DNA of 64,000 nucleotides, from positions 1,856,001-1,920,000 of the forward strand of contig CAXXYE010000009.1 in assembly GCA_963674865.2 (NCBI GenBank), read 5' to 3'. This document shows positions 49,710-59,230 of the stretch, piece by piece. The position numbers and the translations under genes were made by a program. Numbering within the stretch: the stretch's first letter is position 1; the number at the start of each line of letters is the position of its first letter. Under the pieces are notes generated by a model that did no database searches, had not been told where the DNA came from, and saw nothing but the letters and a program-made list of their open reading frames with translations. The DNA is from Candidatus Hydrogenedentota bacterium (lineage in GTDB: Bacteria; Hydrogenedentota; Hydrogenedentia; Hydrogenedentales; SLHB01).

Positions 49710-50885
49710 ATGAGTTGGACGACGATGCTCACGTGTGCCGTCGGGGTGCTGCCGGTTGTCGTATTGTGGGCGGGCGAGGCCTGGTGCGAGCCGCCCGGCT
49801 CCGAGGCCCCGGAGTCTGAGGCGGGAGGGCCTGTTATGGCTAACGGCTGTGTCTTCCTTTCCGATGCGCGCCTGGCGACTCTGAAGACGCGCATCGAGAA
49901 CCAGGTCGAGCCGACGTGGTCGGCCTGGTGCGCGCTCGAGAAGGCCGCCGACGCCGCGCTGGAGCGCCAGCCGCACGCGCCCGTGGAATGGCACGTGCCG
50001 TATGTCTACCAGGATGCGAAGGGCCATAAGGAGGCCAAGCAGGGCCTGCAGGATGACGCAAACAGCGCGTACGCGTTGGCGTTGGCCTATCGCATGACGG
50101 GCGAGGATAGATATGCGGCGGCGGCCGTCCGGCTGCTGGATGCGTGGGCGACGACGGTTGAGACGCTCAGGCGTGATGAAGATTCGGGACTGTCCTTCAG
50201 CTACCATTTCCCGGCGTTGATTCTTGCGGCGGACTTGCTCGAAGACGCCTCTGTTTGGCCGGCGGCGCGGCAGGAGGTTTTCAAGCGGTTCGTCCGCGAG
50301 AAGGCCCTGCCTATGAACACGATGGCCAAGGATAACAACTGGGGCAATTGGGGTCTGGTGCTCGTGATCGCCTCGGCGGCGTATCTCGAGGATCAAGTCC
50401 TGCTCGATCAGGCCGTGGCGCGGTGGCGCACGTTCATCGAGGAGCAGATCGCCGAGGACGGCCATCTCGTTCGCGAGGTGGAGCGCGCCGGCACGGGCCG
50501 CTCCGGCGACTACGGTATCTGGTACAGCCACTTCTCTTTGATGCCTCAAACCATCGCCGCCGAGATTGCGCGCGTCAACGGCGTGGACCTCTACGATTAC
50601 GTCTCACCCTCCGGCCGATCCTTGCGCCTCGCCTTCGACTGGCTGGCGCCGTGGGTCCATGAACCGGAGAAGTTCCCGTATTTCCAGGGCGGGGACGTGA
50701 AGAAGCTCGTCGGCGTAAGCTACGCAAGCTACTTCGAGATTCTCAACGCCCATTGGTTCAATCCGGACGCCGAGGCCGTCATCGAATCGCTTCGGCCCCT
50801 GACGGCGAACCATTCGGCGCCGTTCCTTACGTTCACCCACGGGGGGCTCTTGGAGGACGCCGGGCCGTCAACAGGTGGCTCATAG
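49710..50885 (+). CDS. Alginate lyase family (alpha/alpha toroid) secreted protein
   Basis: Signal peptide, AYALALAY..TG, NNWGNWG, WYSHF. Confidence 0.75.
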   Translation: MSWTTMLTCAVGVLPVVVLWAGEAWCEPPGSEAPESEAGGPVMANGCVFLSDARLATLKTRIENQVEPTWSAWCALEKAADAALERQPHAPVEWHVPYVYQDAKGHKEAKQGLQDDANSAYALALAYRMTGEDRYAAAAVRLLDAWATTVETLRRDEDSGLSFSYHFPALILAADLLEDASVWPAARQEVFKRFVREKALPMNTMAKDNNWGNWGLVLVIASAAYLEDQVLLDQAVARWRTFIEEQIAEDGHLVREVERAGTGRSGDYGIWYSHFSLMPQTIAAEIARVNGVDLYDYVSPSGRSLRLAFDWLAPWVHEPEKFPYFQGGDVKKLVGVSYASYFEILNAHWFNPDAEAVIESLRPLTANHSAPFLTFTHGGLLEDAGPSTGGS

Positions 50886-52110
50886 GACAATGCACGCGTC
50901 TCCGGCGAATGTGGCAGTTGCCGTAGTGGCGCCATCGGCCGTATACGGCATGGATGCGCCCGTAGCGTTCCGCGTGAAGGCTCCTTCGGGCGCGCGTCTG
51001 GAGTATCGCGCTACGTGGGATGGCGGGGCCGTCATCGCATCGGGCGAAGTGCAGCTTGAGAATGGCGGCGCGGAGGTGACGGTGCCGGGCGGTAGGCCGG
51101 GATTCATCCGCCTGAGCGTCTTCGAGGAACCGGATGGCGCTCCCGTCGAAGCGGCGGCCGCCGTGGCCCCGGAGGAGATTGCCCCGTCCCTCACCGTGCC
51201 GGAAGACTTCGACGCGTTTTGGCAAGCGAAGTTGTCCGCCGCGCGCAGTGGCTCGCCGAACGCTGACGTGCGGCTATACGCGGAGCGCGAGGAGGGAACC
51301 ATCCACGCCGTGCGCGCTCCAATGGCCGATGGCTCGGCTGTGCACGGCTGGCTGCTTCGTCCAACGCGCCCGGGGCCTTATCCTGCGGTTGTGCGCTATC
51401 ACGGAGCGGGCGTCTACGGCATCACCCCGGATAACGGCTTGGACTGGGCCGAGCGCGGAATCATGGTGTTCTCGATCAATCCGCACGCGATTCCTAACGA
51501 TCAACCGGCGGACTACTACGAGGCGCTCCGGAAAGGTGCGCTGGCGGATTACCGGACGCGGGGACGCGACTCGCGGGACACGTTGTACTTCGTCGAGATG
51601 TTTCTGCGGGCCTCACGCGCCGTGGACTTTGTCGCGTCATTGCGGGAGTGGGATGGCCGCCATCTTATTGCCGAGGGACACAGCCAAGGCGGCGGGCAGG
51701 CTTTCGCGGCGGCCGCCTTGAACACGAGCGTCACGGGACTCATCACGTCATGTCCCACCCATTGCGATCACAGCGGGCCGGCTATCGGGCGGGTGGCCGG
51801 ATGGCCTCGGATCGTCGAGATCCTGGAAGGCCGGCCCGACTCGCGGCAACTCGAAGCGGCGCGATATATCGACGCCGTGAATTTCGCCACCCGGATTCAT
51901 CGCCCTGCACTGGGGTGCGTCTGTTTCTTGGACGACGTTTGTCCGCCCACGGCGGCTTACGCCGCCTACAACGCCCTACGTGGGGCCAAGAGGATTGTCC
52001 ACGAGTCTGGCATGGGGCACGTGCATACGGAAGGGTTCAGGAAGGTTACCTTGGACTGGGGCGCTGAACAGTTCGTCGTTTCCCGAAAGCCTCTCACGCG
52101 CAACGCCTGA
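50875..52110 (+). CDS. Acetylxylan esterase (CE7-like)
   Basis: PEDFDAFW, GHSQGG nucleophile, D.VCPP, GH. Confidence 0.88.
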   Translation: MAHRTMHASPANVAVAVVAPSAVYGMDAPVAFRVKAPSGARLEYRATWDGGAVIASGEVQLENGGAEVTVPGGRPGFIRLSVFEEPDGAPVEAAAAVAPEEIAPSLTVPEDFDAFWQAKLSAARSGSPNADVRLYAEREEGTIHAVRAPMADGSAVHGWLLRPTRPGPYPAVVRYHGAGVYGITPDNGLDWAERGIMVFSINPHAIPNDQPADYYEALRKGALADYRTRGRDSRDTLYFVEMFLRASRAVDFVASLREWDGRHLIAEGHSQGGGQAFAAAALNTSVTGLITSCPTHCDHSGPAIGRVAGWPRIVEILEGRPDSRQLEAARYIDAVNFATRIHRPALGCVCFLDDVCPPTAAYAAYNALRGAKRIVHESGMGHVHTEGFRKVTLDWGAEQFVVSRKPLTRNA

Positions 52111-52252
52111 TTCCCGACGTGCCCGGGAGAGAATGGCTGTAGGTTCCGTTGCACCGGTGCTTGAGCGGATGTCGACATGAATGGCGGGGGGTGTTACAAT
52201 GGGGTGGCAGTTTGTAAAATTGTAATCTTGTAATATCGTTGGGGGTAGTCTG

Positions 52253-52798
52253 ATGGGAATGCCGAAGATAGGTCCGATCACGAACGCGATGCTCGAGGGG
52301 ACAGAGGGTGAAGCGCCAGCGATTATCCGGGAGTGGTGCCGGCGGCTGAAAGGCCCTGACAATGTCATCTTCTTCTGGATGGGGGCCACGAAACATTGGA
52401 GTTGGATTGACATCAACACGTGCCTTACCTACGAGGACGGCGAGGAGGATAGCGCGTCCGGGGGCAATCCGGTGAAGGAGACCTCGGCCACGAAAGTGGA
52501 GCGGCTCTTTTCCCCGCTGGCTCATGAGGGGAGGGTCAGAATCCTGCAGGCGCTATACGAGTCGCCCCTTTCGGCGTCGGCGTTGAGCGCGGCCACGGGC
52601 TTTCAGGGCGGGGGACTGTATTACCATCTCAAAGAGCTGAAGTATGCCGGTTACATAACAGATGAGGAGGATGGCTACCGCCTGACGTCCATCGGCCGCC
52701 AGCTTCTCATCACGGCGGCGCTCATTGCAGAGCGGGTAGTGGCGGATCGCGGTGTTGAGGGACTATCCACCGACATGAGATGGGCGTCAAAGGCGTAG
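52253..52798 (+). CDS. Winged-helix (ArsR-like) transcriptional regulator
   Basis: LAHEGRVRILQAL...GGLYYHLKELKYAGYI. Confidence 0.75.
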   Translation: MGMPKIGPITNAMLEGTEGEAPAIIREWCRRLKGPDNVIFFWMGATKHWSWIDINTCLTYEDGEEDSASGGNPVKETSATKVERLFSPLAHEGRVRILQALYESPLSASALSAATGFQGGGLYYHLKELKYAGYITDEEDGYRLTSIGRQLLITAALIAERVVADRGVEGLSTDMRWASKA

Positions 52799-52871
52799 TC
52801 CGAAGGCTCACACGTAATGGTATGACTCACGCTGATGGCGTCTTGTTCTTGCCGGGAAAAGCAGGGACAGA

Positions 52872-53022
52872 GGGGCCGTTGAAAAAGTTCAGAGTTGCCG
52901 GACGCAGGCCGCGAAAGGACCTGGGACAGTCCCGTCTGCGTCCGCCTACGGCGGACTCCGCTTGGGACAGTCCCGGTGTTTCGCTCAACCTCTGGGGCGA
53001 ATGCGACTTTTTCAACAGCTCC
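52872..53022. mobile_element. MITE-like element with 17-bp terminal inverted repeats
   Basis: GGGGCCGTTGAAAAAGT / ACTTTTTCAACAGCTCC (15 of 17 match); two internal GGGACAGTCCC palindromes. Confidence 0.6.
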
Positions 53023-53084
53023 ACAGACACGTCTTCGCTTCGCTCCGCTTGCGTCAGTCCCCGTTTTTCGTTTCTTCTCGGCGC

Positions 53085-53136
53085 GCGTTCCGGACGACAT
53101 ACGTCCAGCCTCCCTATGGGTGTGTGAGAAAAGCGG
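53085..53136 (+). repeat. Partial copy of the ...GTGAGAAAAGCGG element family
   Basis: Aligns with 36158-36209. Confidence 0.6.
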
Positions 53137-53146
53137 GTCGGGGCGG

Positions 53147-55072
53147 CTACAGGCGGTCGAGGGCGGCGGCGCAGATGGCCACATCGTGGTAGGCGCCGTG
53201 GAGGTAGAGGGCGTCGCGCTGGACGCCTTCTCGGGCGAAGCCTACGGCATCGAGGAATTCGGCGAGGCCGGGCTCGGAGGGCGTGACGGGAACGAGGAGG
53301 CGGCGGACGGATTGCTGGCCGGCGGCTTCTTTGAGGATGGCCTTGAAACTTCTTCGGATCGGCTCGGCGGCGTAATCGCCTTCCTCGCGCAGGTATATCC
53401 AGGCCCAGGCGGCGCCGGGCACGCGGTCGGGGCGGATCTTCAGGAGGCCAATGGGGTCGCCGTTCTTGCGGAGCAGCATGAATTCGTGTTCGATGCCGCG
53501 CGGATGGAGCGAGTCCATCTCGCGGTCGTACTTCGTGGCGAGGAGCATGCCCGTTTCATTGCAGAGGAAATAGGCGGCCTCCGTCCAGTTTTCCCATTGC
53601 GTGAGCATCTCGGCGTCGGCCTCCTCGATGGGGCGCATGCCGATGCTCATGCGGTAGGCGGCGCGAGCGATGGCAAAGAGGGAGGGCCGCGAGGATGTCC
53701 GGCTGAGGCTCTTGTAGACGCGGGTGAAGTTGACGCCTTCCGATGAGAGTACATTGAACGCGGAGATGGCGGAGGCGATCCAGGCCCGCTGGGCGTCGCA
53801 CCACGGCGGATGCGGCGTGTCATAGCGCCCGCTCAACGCGTGGTGCACGGCGGCAGCGCCGCCGCCGCAAAGATTGCGCGCCCAGCAGCGGATGCAGGCC
53901 GGAGTGGTCCGTGCGCCGAGGTTTTCGAATTCCTTGAGGCGCTCCTGGTCGATTTCTCCCGCGCTGAGGACGCCTACGCGGAAGGCCTCGGCCCCGAGCA
54001 TCAGGCGCGATGGGTAGATGGCGCCGTCTCTATCGACGGCCAGTTCATTGGTGCCGGCGGGGTCGCTTCGCGGCTGCGGGGTGCCGTTGTAGATGCGCCA
54101 GAAGAGCGAGGCAATGGGGTCAAGCCTGAAATAGTGGTGCTTCAGGAGCCGCTGCGCGTAGTACAAGGCGGATTGGCCGATTCCTTGGAGCATGGCAGCG
54201 GGATCGAGGTCGGGATGGGCGACATAGGCGCCGTCGAGGTCGAGTTCAATCGTCGTGAAGCCGGCCTCATCCAACGCCTGAACGACGCCGTCGAGGTCGG
54301 GATGATCCGGCCGGACGATGACGCGGCCCGAAGCACCATCCGCCGTGGGCTGGAGCATCTTGGCCAGACGCGCCAAAGGATAAGGGCCGGTTGCCGCGAG
54401 TGGCTGAAGGCGCTTCTCAACGTCCTCTGGGCCAGTCCATTCGAGTGCCACGCTGACGGTGTGGTTTTCGAGGGCTTTGGGGGATTTGTCGAGCGGGATG
54501 CTTTCCACACGCACGGCGACGGTGAGTGTCTTCCCCGCCAATTTGGCGCGCCGCAGCGCCTCGATGCAGTACCGGGCCACGAACTCGGGGCGGCGTACGC
54601 GGCCTTGCTCGATGAACTCGAGGCGCAGCTCCTTCTGTGCTTGCGAGCGCCCAAGCAGGAAGGCCACCGCGTCCTGGGCGAGTCCATCGGGCTCGGCGCC
54701 GGCGGCGGGGAGCTTTGGGCCAAACCATGTTCTCCGCGCCTTGCCCTCCGCGGCGCCTTCCTCTGGGAGGCGAAGGGAGAGGCGGCTCAGTCCGGGGGCG
54801 ACATCAAACTGCTTGAGCAGGCTCTCGCGCGTGGGGATGGGAAGAATCGACTGCGTCGAGCGAAGCCATTCGAGTTCGCTGATGACTTCGGCCAGTTCCT
54901 TCGGGTCGTGCTTGGCTTTGAGGACATGGCCGATGTGGTTGACGGGAGTATGGGGGTAGTAATCGAGGACGTCCCAGGTAATCTCGTCGCATTCGAAGCA
55001 GAAACACGTTTCCGGATCGATGACGAATCGCTTGCCGTTGAGTTCGAAGCGGTGGAATGCCTCGTTGGGCAT
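53147..55072 (-). CDS. RRE-like domain + degenerate radical-SAM core + partial SPASM + C-terminal GNAT fusion (641 aa)
   Basis: N-terminus resembles SCIFF maturase CteB; no CX3CX2C; SPASM CIRCWARNLC-x22-C; RimL-type GNAT tail GFAREGVQRD...GAYHDV; TGATG coupling to the permease gene. Confidence 0.82.
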   Translation of the reverse strand: MPNEAFHRFELNGKRFVIDPETCFCFECDEITWDVLDYYPHTPVNHIGHVLKAKHDPKELAEVISELEWLRSTQSILPIPTRESLLKQFDVAPGLSRLSLRLPEEGAAEGKARRTWFGPKLPAAGAEPDGLAQDAVAFLLGRSQAQKELRLEFIEQGRVRRPEFVARYCIEALRRAKLAGKTLTVAVRVESIPLDKSPKALENHTVSVALEWTGPEDVEKRLQPLAATGPYPLARLAKMLQPTADGASGRVIVRPDHPDLDGVVQALDEAGFTTIELDLDGAYVAHPDLDPAAMLQGIGQSALYYAQRLLKHHYFRLDPIASLFWRIYNGTPQPRSDPAGTNELAVDRDGAIYPSRLMLGAEAFRVGVLSAGEIDQERLKEFENLGARTTPACIRCWARNLCGGGAAAVHHALSGRYDTPHPPWCDAQRAWIASAISAFNVLSSEGVNFTRVYKSLSRTSSRPSLFAIARAAYRMSIGMRPIEEADAEMLTQWENWTEAAYFLCNETGMLLATKYDREMDSLHPRGIEHEFMLLRKNGDPIGLLKIRPDRVPGAAWAWIYLREEGDYAAEPIRRSFKAILKEAAGQQSVRRLLVPVTPSEPGLAEFLDAVGFAREGVQRDALYLHGAYHDVAICAAALDRL

Positions 55073-55872
55073 CAGTACGCCCCCAGGGTGCCCTTGGCCC
55101 GGCTCCAGTTCTCCATCAACTTGAACAGAGAGATGCCGATTACGGTCCACAGGGCGCAGTTGATGATCAGGAAGAGGAATGACGGCTGGACAAACACGCG
55201 GTATCCCAGGCCGTCGATAAGGACGAGTTTGAGGCAGATCGAGGCGTCGGTGATGGGTAGGGCGTGGGCGATCCAGCGAAGCAGGGAAGGCCAGTTGACG
55301 ATTTCCTTGCCGGCAATGATGGCCAATGCGAACAGGCCCATGCGGAGAAGCATGGCGATTTGTCCAACCTGCTTAAAAACCAGCACTAGGCCGCCCACCA
55401 TGAATCCGAAGCCGATGAGGTTGCAGTAGGTTAGGAAGAGCAGCGCCACGGTGGGGCCTGGGGTGGCGGTGATCTTGCCCTTCAGCGTCACCGTGACGAG
55501 GAAGAGGACGATGGACAGGGAGAAGATGCTGGTGACGGCGCTGACGAATGAGCGGGCCAGGAAGTTGGTGACGAGTCCGTGCGGGCTTGTGCATACCTGC
55601 TCGAGCTGGCCGGTGCGGGCCATGCCTTGGAGTCCCTGCGAGAAGAGGCCGACGATGCCGAAGGCGAACATGCCGACGATGAATCCGAGCACGCTGCTCA
55701 GGGCTTCGTCCGTGAGTTCCTTGAAGCGGCCGCTGTTGGTCATGAAGGCGGAAATCAGCATCATGAGGAAGCCGTAGCCGACCAGGATGCCAATGATGGT
55801 GGCAAACCAGTAGCGGCGCATGATGATCAACGTGCGAACCACTTCAGCCTTCATGACGAGGAAGAAACCCAT
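55072..55872 (-). CDS. ABC-2 type exporter permease
   Basis: About six TMs, ARTGQLEQV, C-terminal GTLGAY. Confidence 0.88.
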   Translation of the reverse strand: MGFFLVMKAEVVRTLIIMRRYWFATIIGILVGYGFLMMLISAFMTNSGRFKELTDEALSSVLGFIVGMFAFGIVGLFSQGLQGMARTGQLEQVCTSPHGLVTNFLARSFVSAVTSIFSLSIVLFLVTVTLKGKITATPGPTVALLFLTYCNLIGFGFMVGGLVLVFKQVGQIAMLLRMGLFALAIIAGKEIVNWPSLLRWIAHALPITDASICLKLVLIDGLGYRVFVQPSFLFLIINCALWTVIGISLFKLMENWSRAKGTLGAY

Positions 55873-55876
55873 GAGG

Positions 55877-56914
55877 TCAACCTTTCGTTTGAGAACCGCC
55901 TTCGGCGGAGGTCAGGCGGAGAAACACGTTTTCGAGCGTCTGCTGCTTCTGGGTGACGGAGCGCAGCCGAGCCCCTCGGGCGCGAAGCGTCTCTATCACG
56001 GTGTATAGCGCCTCGGAGCGCAGCTCTGTGTCGGAGTCGAGATCGAGGGTTAACAAGATTCCTTCGGGCTCGGGCGCCACGCGTACGCCGTGGACACCGG
56101 GCACGGCCTCGAGGGTGGGCGTATCGGCGAACTCGTCCACTCGGAACTCATAGGTTTGCTCCGCGAAAAGCTCGAGGAGATTCTCGGTGGGCTCGCAGGT
56201 GATGAGCCGGCCATGGCTGATGATGCCGATGCGGTCGCAGATTTCCTGGGCGACGCCCATATCGTGCGTCGTTACGAGGACGGCTTTGCCTTGCTCGCGC
56301 GTCATCTCGACGACTTTGTCTTTGATGGTGCGGCTGCTTTGCACGTCCAGTCCGGTGGTGGGTTCGTCGAGCAGCAGCACGGGCGGGTCGGCAATGAGCG
56401 CGATGCAGATGGCCAGTTTCTGCCGTTGGCCGCGGGAAAGGCGGCGCACCTGGACATTCATCTTGTCCTGGAGGCCAATGAACTTGAGTAGCTCGCGGGA
56501 ACGCGCTCTGAGCACCCGGCCTCTGACGTCTTTCAGATTTCCGAAGTAGGCGAGGTTCTCGAGGGGCGTCAACGGCCAGATCGAGGTGCGGGTGCCTTCG
56601 AGCACGACGCCGATTCGCCTGAGGGCCTTCAAGCGCTTCTTCTCGACGTTGAGTCCATCCACGTAGACGACGCCGGAGGATGGCTTAACAAGGCCGGAGA
56701 TCATCTTCACCGTGGTGGTCTTGCCCGCGCCGTTCGGGCCTAGAAGTCCGAATACTTCGCCGGGCTTGATGGCGAACTCGATGTTGTCCGCGGCGACTAC
56801 GGTGTGCTTCGCGTAGATGCGGCGCTTGTTGGTTTCCTCGTCGCGGTGGAAGAAGTGGCGGGTGTGGAAAACCTTGGCCACCTTGGCGACTTCGACCAGG
56901 TTGTGATTGTTCAT
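55877..56914 (-). CDS. ABC exporter ATP-binding protein
   Basis: GPNGAGKTT, LSRGQRQK, LDEPT, TTHDM, TLENVFL. Confidence 0.93.
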   Translation of the reverse strand: MNNHNLVEVAKVAKVFHTRHFFHRDEETNKRRIYAKHTVVAADNIEFAIKPGEVFGLLGPNGAGKTTTVKMISGLVKPSSGVVYVDGLNVEKKRLKALRRIGVVLEGTRTSIWPLTPLENLAYFGNLKDVRGRVLRARSRELLKFIGLQDKMNVQVRRLSRGQRQKLAICIALIADPPVLLLDEPTTGLDVQSSRTIKDKVVEMTREQGKAVLVTTHDMGVAQEICDRIGIISHGRLITCEPTENLLELFAEQTYEFRVDEFADTPTLEAVPGVHGVRVAPEPEGILLTLDLDSDTELRSEALYTVIETLRARGARLRSVTQKQQTLENVFLRLTSAEGGSQTKG

Positions 56915-57618
56915 GTGGTCCCCAACTGTTCGTCCATTCCTTGATGGGTAAGCTCCTGGTCCTGCGGGCCGTCTTCCTTATCGCCTTGCTCTTTGATGAT
57001 CTCTTCGAGGTAGGCAATCTCGATGTTGCGGACGGCGTGGATGACGATCACCAGGATGAGGCTTCCCGTCCAGTAGTATAGGAAGCCGATGATGAAGGCA
57101 AATCCGAGAAACTCGGCCGATACCAGGAAGGGGTTCTTGAAGAAATGCTTGTGAACCGCCGAAAAGCAGACAGCCACCACGCCGATGGCCAGAGGCGCGG
57201 GCCAGCTCAATGCGAGCAACGCCGATTGCGCCCCGGCGCGGTAGACGATCTCTTCACTGACGCTCAGTCCGACGAAACGCCCGAGCACGCCCGGCTCATC
57301 GACACCGTAGCGCCAGAGGGCGGGCAGATCGATGAAATGCCAGGCCGCATCGCGGAAAGAGCGGTCGCTGATCAGCAGCGACACGCCGAAGATGAGGTGG
57401 CCTAGGGCGAGTCCGACGCCGATTCCGACGGGAGACACAAGCTGCCTTGAAAACACGCCTTGCCGCGCGGCGGCGATGGATGCAAGCGCGATGATCGGCA
57501 GATGCATGACGCCGCCGATAATGAGCGTCTTGCCGGAGCGTTCGCCGCCGGTTGCGAGGTTCAAGGCAACCGTGTAGACGACGTATAGGGCCAGCAGGCT
57601 GAGGAGGGCGGCTGTCAA
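56911..57618 (-). CDS. CPBP/Abi (CAAX type II) intramembrane metalloprotease
   Basis: EEIVYR (EExxxR), FSAVH (FxxxH), HAVRN (HxxxN); multiple TMs. Confidence 0.88.
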   Translation of the reverse strand: MTAALLSLLALYVVYTVALNLATGGERSGKTLIIGGVMHLPIIALASIAAARQGVFSRQLVSPVGIGVGLALGHLIFGVSLLISDRSFRDAAWHFIDLPALWRYGVDEPGVLGRFVGLSVSEEIVYRAGAQSALLALSWPAPLAIGVVAVCFSAVHKHFFKNPFLVSAEFLGFAFIIGFLYYWTGSLILVIVIHAVRNIEIAYLEEIIKEQGDKEDGPQDQELTHQGMDEQLGTT

Positions 57619-58250
57619 GGCGTCGACTCCGTCTGCGAGGAGTCCTGCTGTTGATTGGCCACCATCTCGGCGAGGGATTTGCCCTCGAGCCGATGGCTGT
57701 TCTTATCGCGGAGGGTCTCGAATTCCGGGCGCAGCATGCCGTAGGCGTACATGTCGTAGAACCGGCCATCGCGCGATACATGATCGCGGAGGGTCATCTC
57801 GCGTACGGCGCCGGACAGCTCCATGATTCGCCACGAGGCGGTGTTGAAGGCGTAGATGTAGGCCGTGATGCGGTGCAGGTTGAGTTCGTCGAAGCAGAAC
57901 TCGAGCGCGCGGTAGTAGGCGATGGCGGTGGATATGCCGCTTCGGTGCTTCTTGCTGCCGACGTAGAAGTCGACGCTGCACGAGCGGTTTCGCCAACTGA
58001 GGTTTTGCAAGGATACGAGGCCGATGGGGCCGTCGTCCGGCGAGTCGATGATCAGGTAAACGGCCGATGGGGCCGTGTTGCCGGCGCTGCGGCCCAACAT
58101 GGCCACAATCTGTTCGCGAATCCGTTTGGGTGAGCGGGCGGGGTCGCCGTAGAGGAAGCGTGCGAAGTCGGGATCTTGCATCCAGCTTACGACGATGTCC
58201 AGATCTTCGCGTTCCGCACGCCGGATGAAGAGCTTGCTTTTCAGGGCCAT
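57615..58250 (-). CDS. GNAT acyltransferase (RimJ/RimL type)
   Basis: IRRAEREDL, PIGLVSL, FDELNLHRI, FNTAS, RDH...G.FYD. Confidence 0.88.
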   Translation of the reverse strand: MALKSKLFIRRAEREDLDIVVSWMQDPDFARFLYGDPARSPKRIREQIVAMLGRSAGNTAPSAVYLIIDSPDDGPIGLVSLQNLSWRNRSCSVDFYVGSKKHRSGISTAIAYYRALEFCFDELNLHRITAYIYAFNTASWRIMELSGAVREMTLRDHVSRDGRFYDMYAYGMLRPEFETLRDKNSHRLEGKSLAEMVANQQQDSSQTESTP

Positions 58251-58259
58251 GGGGCGCTC

Positions 58260-58793
58260 CTACGCCTTGTCCGGGAACAAGGTCATACTCTCGACATTGT
58301 GCCAGCGGCCTCGGGTGAATAGCACCTCCCTCTGGACGCCGTCGCTCTCAAAGCCGTTTCTCACAAGAAGATTACGAAAACCGGACTCGCAGTCCAAGCA
58401 ATGGGCCGTGGCTTTGTTGAGCTTGAGCTCCTGAAAGGCGCGGAACTTGAGGAAGGCCAGTGTTTCCTCGGCCAGGGGGCTATCGTAGGCATCCTCCTCG
58501 AACAGCATCAGGACGAATTGGGCGTAATTGCGCTCTTGCTTGGAGGTGCGCATCGTGCAGAATCCGACGACGGAGCCCGTGGTGTCCTCGACGGCAAGGA
58601 ATTCGCTGGGCGCCTGCCTGCCTTTGGTGCGCCCGCCGAGCACCTCGCGGAGTTCATCCAGCGTAGGGGTGAGGGGCTCCCGGCGGCGGTCCAGCAAAGC
58701 GGCGCGGGGGCGGTCCGGATCGTAAAGGCGTCTCAGGAACGCTGCGTCGTCCGCTTCGGCCGTGCGTATGATGCTATGCGCACCGGTGATCAT
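58260..58793 (-). CDS. GNAT acyltransferase (RimJ/RimL type)
   Basis: IRTAEADD, VGFCTM, FQELKLNK, GFESDGVQRE...GRWHN. Confidence 0.82.
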   Translation of the reverse strand: MITGAHSIIRTAEADDAAFLRRLYDPDRPRAALLDRRREPLTPTLDELREVLGGRTKGRQAPSEFLAVEDTTGSVVGFCTMRTSKQERNYAQFVLMLFEEDAYDSPLAEETLAFLKFRAFQELKLNKATAHCLDCESGFRNLLVRNGFESDGVQREVLFTRGRWHNVESMTLFPDKA

Positions 58794-58839
58794 GGGGTCG
58801 TCCTTGAAAGCTCCCGCTCTCGGGCCATCGAGAAAACAC

Positions 58840-58892
58840 GGAGAAGAGAAAGACAAACCGCCGGGACTTCACAGAAACCGGAGCCCCGGCAG
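58840..58892 (-). terminator. Intrinsic terminator/attenuator between peptide genes and enzyme genes
   Basis: Minus strand CTGCCGGGGCT...AGTCCCGGCGG 11-bp stem followed by TTTGTCTTTCTCTTC. Confidence 0.65.
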
Positions 58893-58933
58893 TGGCCGTT
58901 GAACCTAATCGCACGATCGGCGTAGACGCCGCC

Positions 58934-59113
58934 CTATTCGCTCTTGCCGCTGAGAAAGTTGTCGAAGTCGAACGAGTTCGTCAGGAAATCGAACGAGTCC
59001 AGGAATCCAAGGCCTTGGGCGTACAGGAAGTCCTTCCAGGCTACGAAGACCGAGTTGGTGAAATCCGACATGGCGTCCGCTCTGACGAGCGATACACTGC
59101 GCACGTGCTTCAT
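58934..59113 (-). CDS. MKH-leader peptide, 59 aa, putative RiPP precursor
   Basis: MKHVRSVSLVRA-DAMSDFTNSVFVAWKDFLYAQGLGFLDSFDFLTNSFDFDNFLSGKSE; GGAGGT RBS. Confidence 0.85.
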   Translation of the reverse strand: MKHVRSVSLVRADAMSDFTNSVFVAWKDFLYAQGLGFLDSFDFLTNSFDFDNFLSGKSE

Positions 59114-59230
59114 GGTGCACCTCCCTACCACGTGTCAAATGCCGCTTTTGGAGCGGCAACTCCTGCGGGCCGCGTACTGCCGCGCCGGACGGCTTCACGA
59201 GCCTTACGGCGCGAGTCCACAGGACAAAGC

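Noticed and set aside
48540..50549. 669-aa minus-strand ORF and similar long overlapping ORFs (53810-55429, 7501-8991)
   Set aside because: Antisense to well-supported genes, with no recognisable motifs
53147..55072. Active ranthipeptide/sactipeptide radical-SAM maturase
   Set aside because: No CX3CX2C motif, AuxI ligands lost, and the precursors contain no Cys
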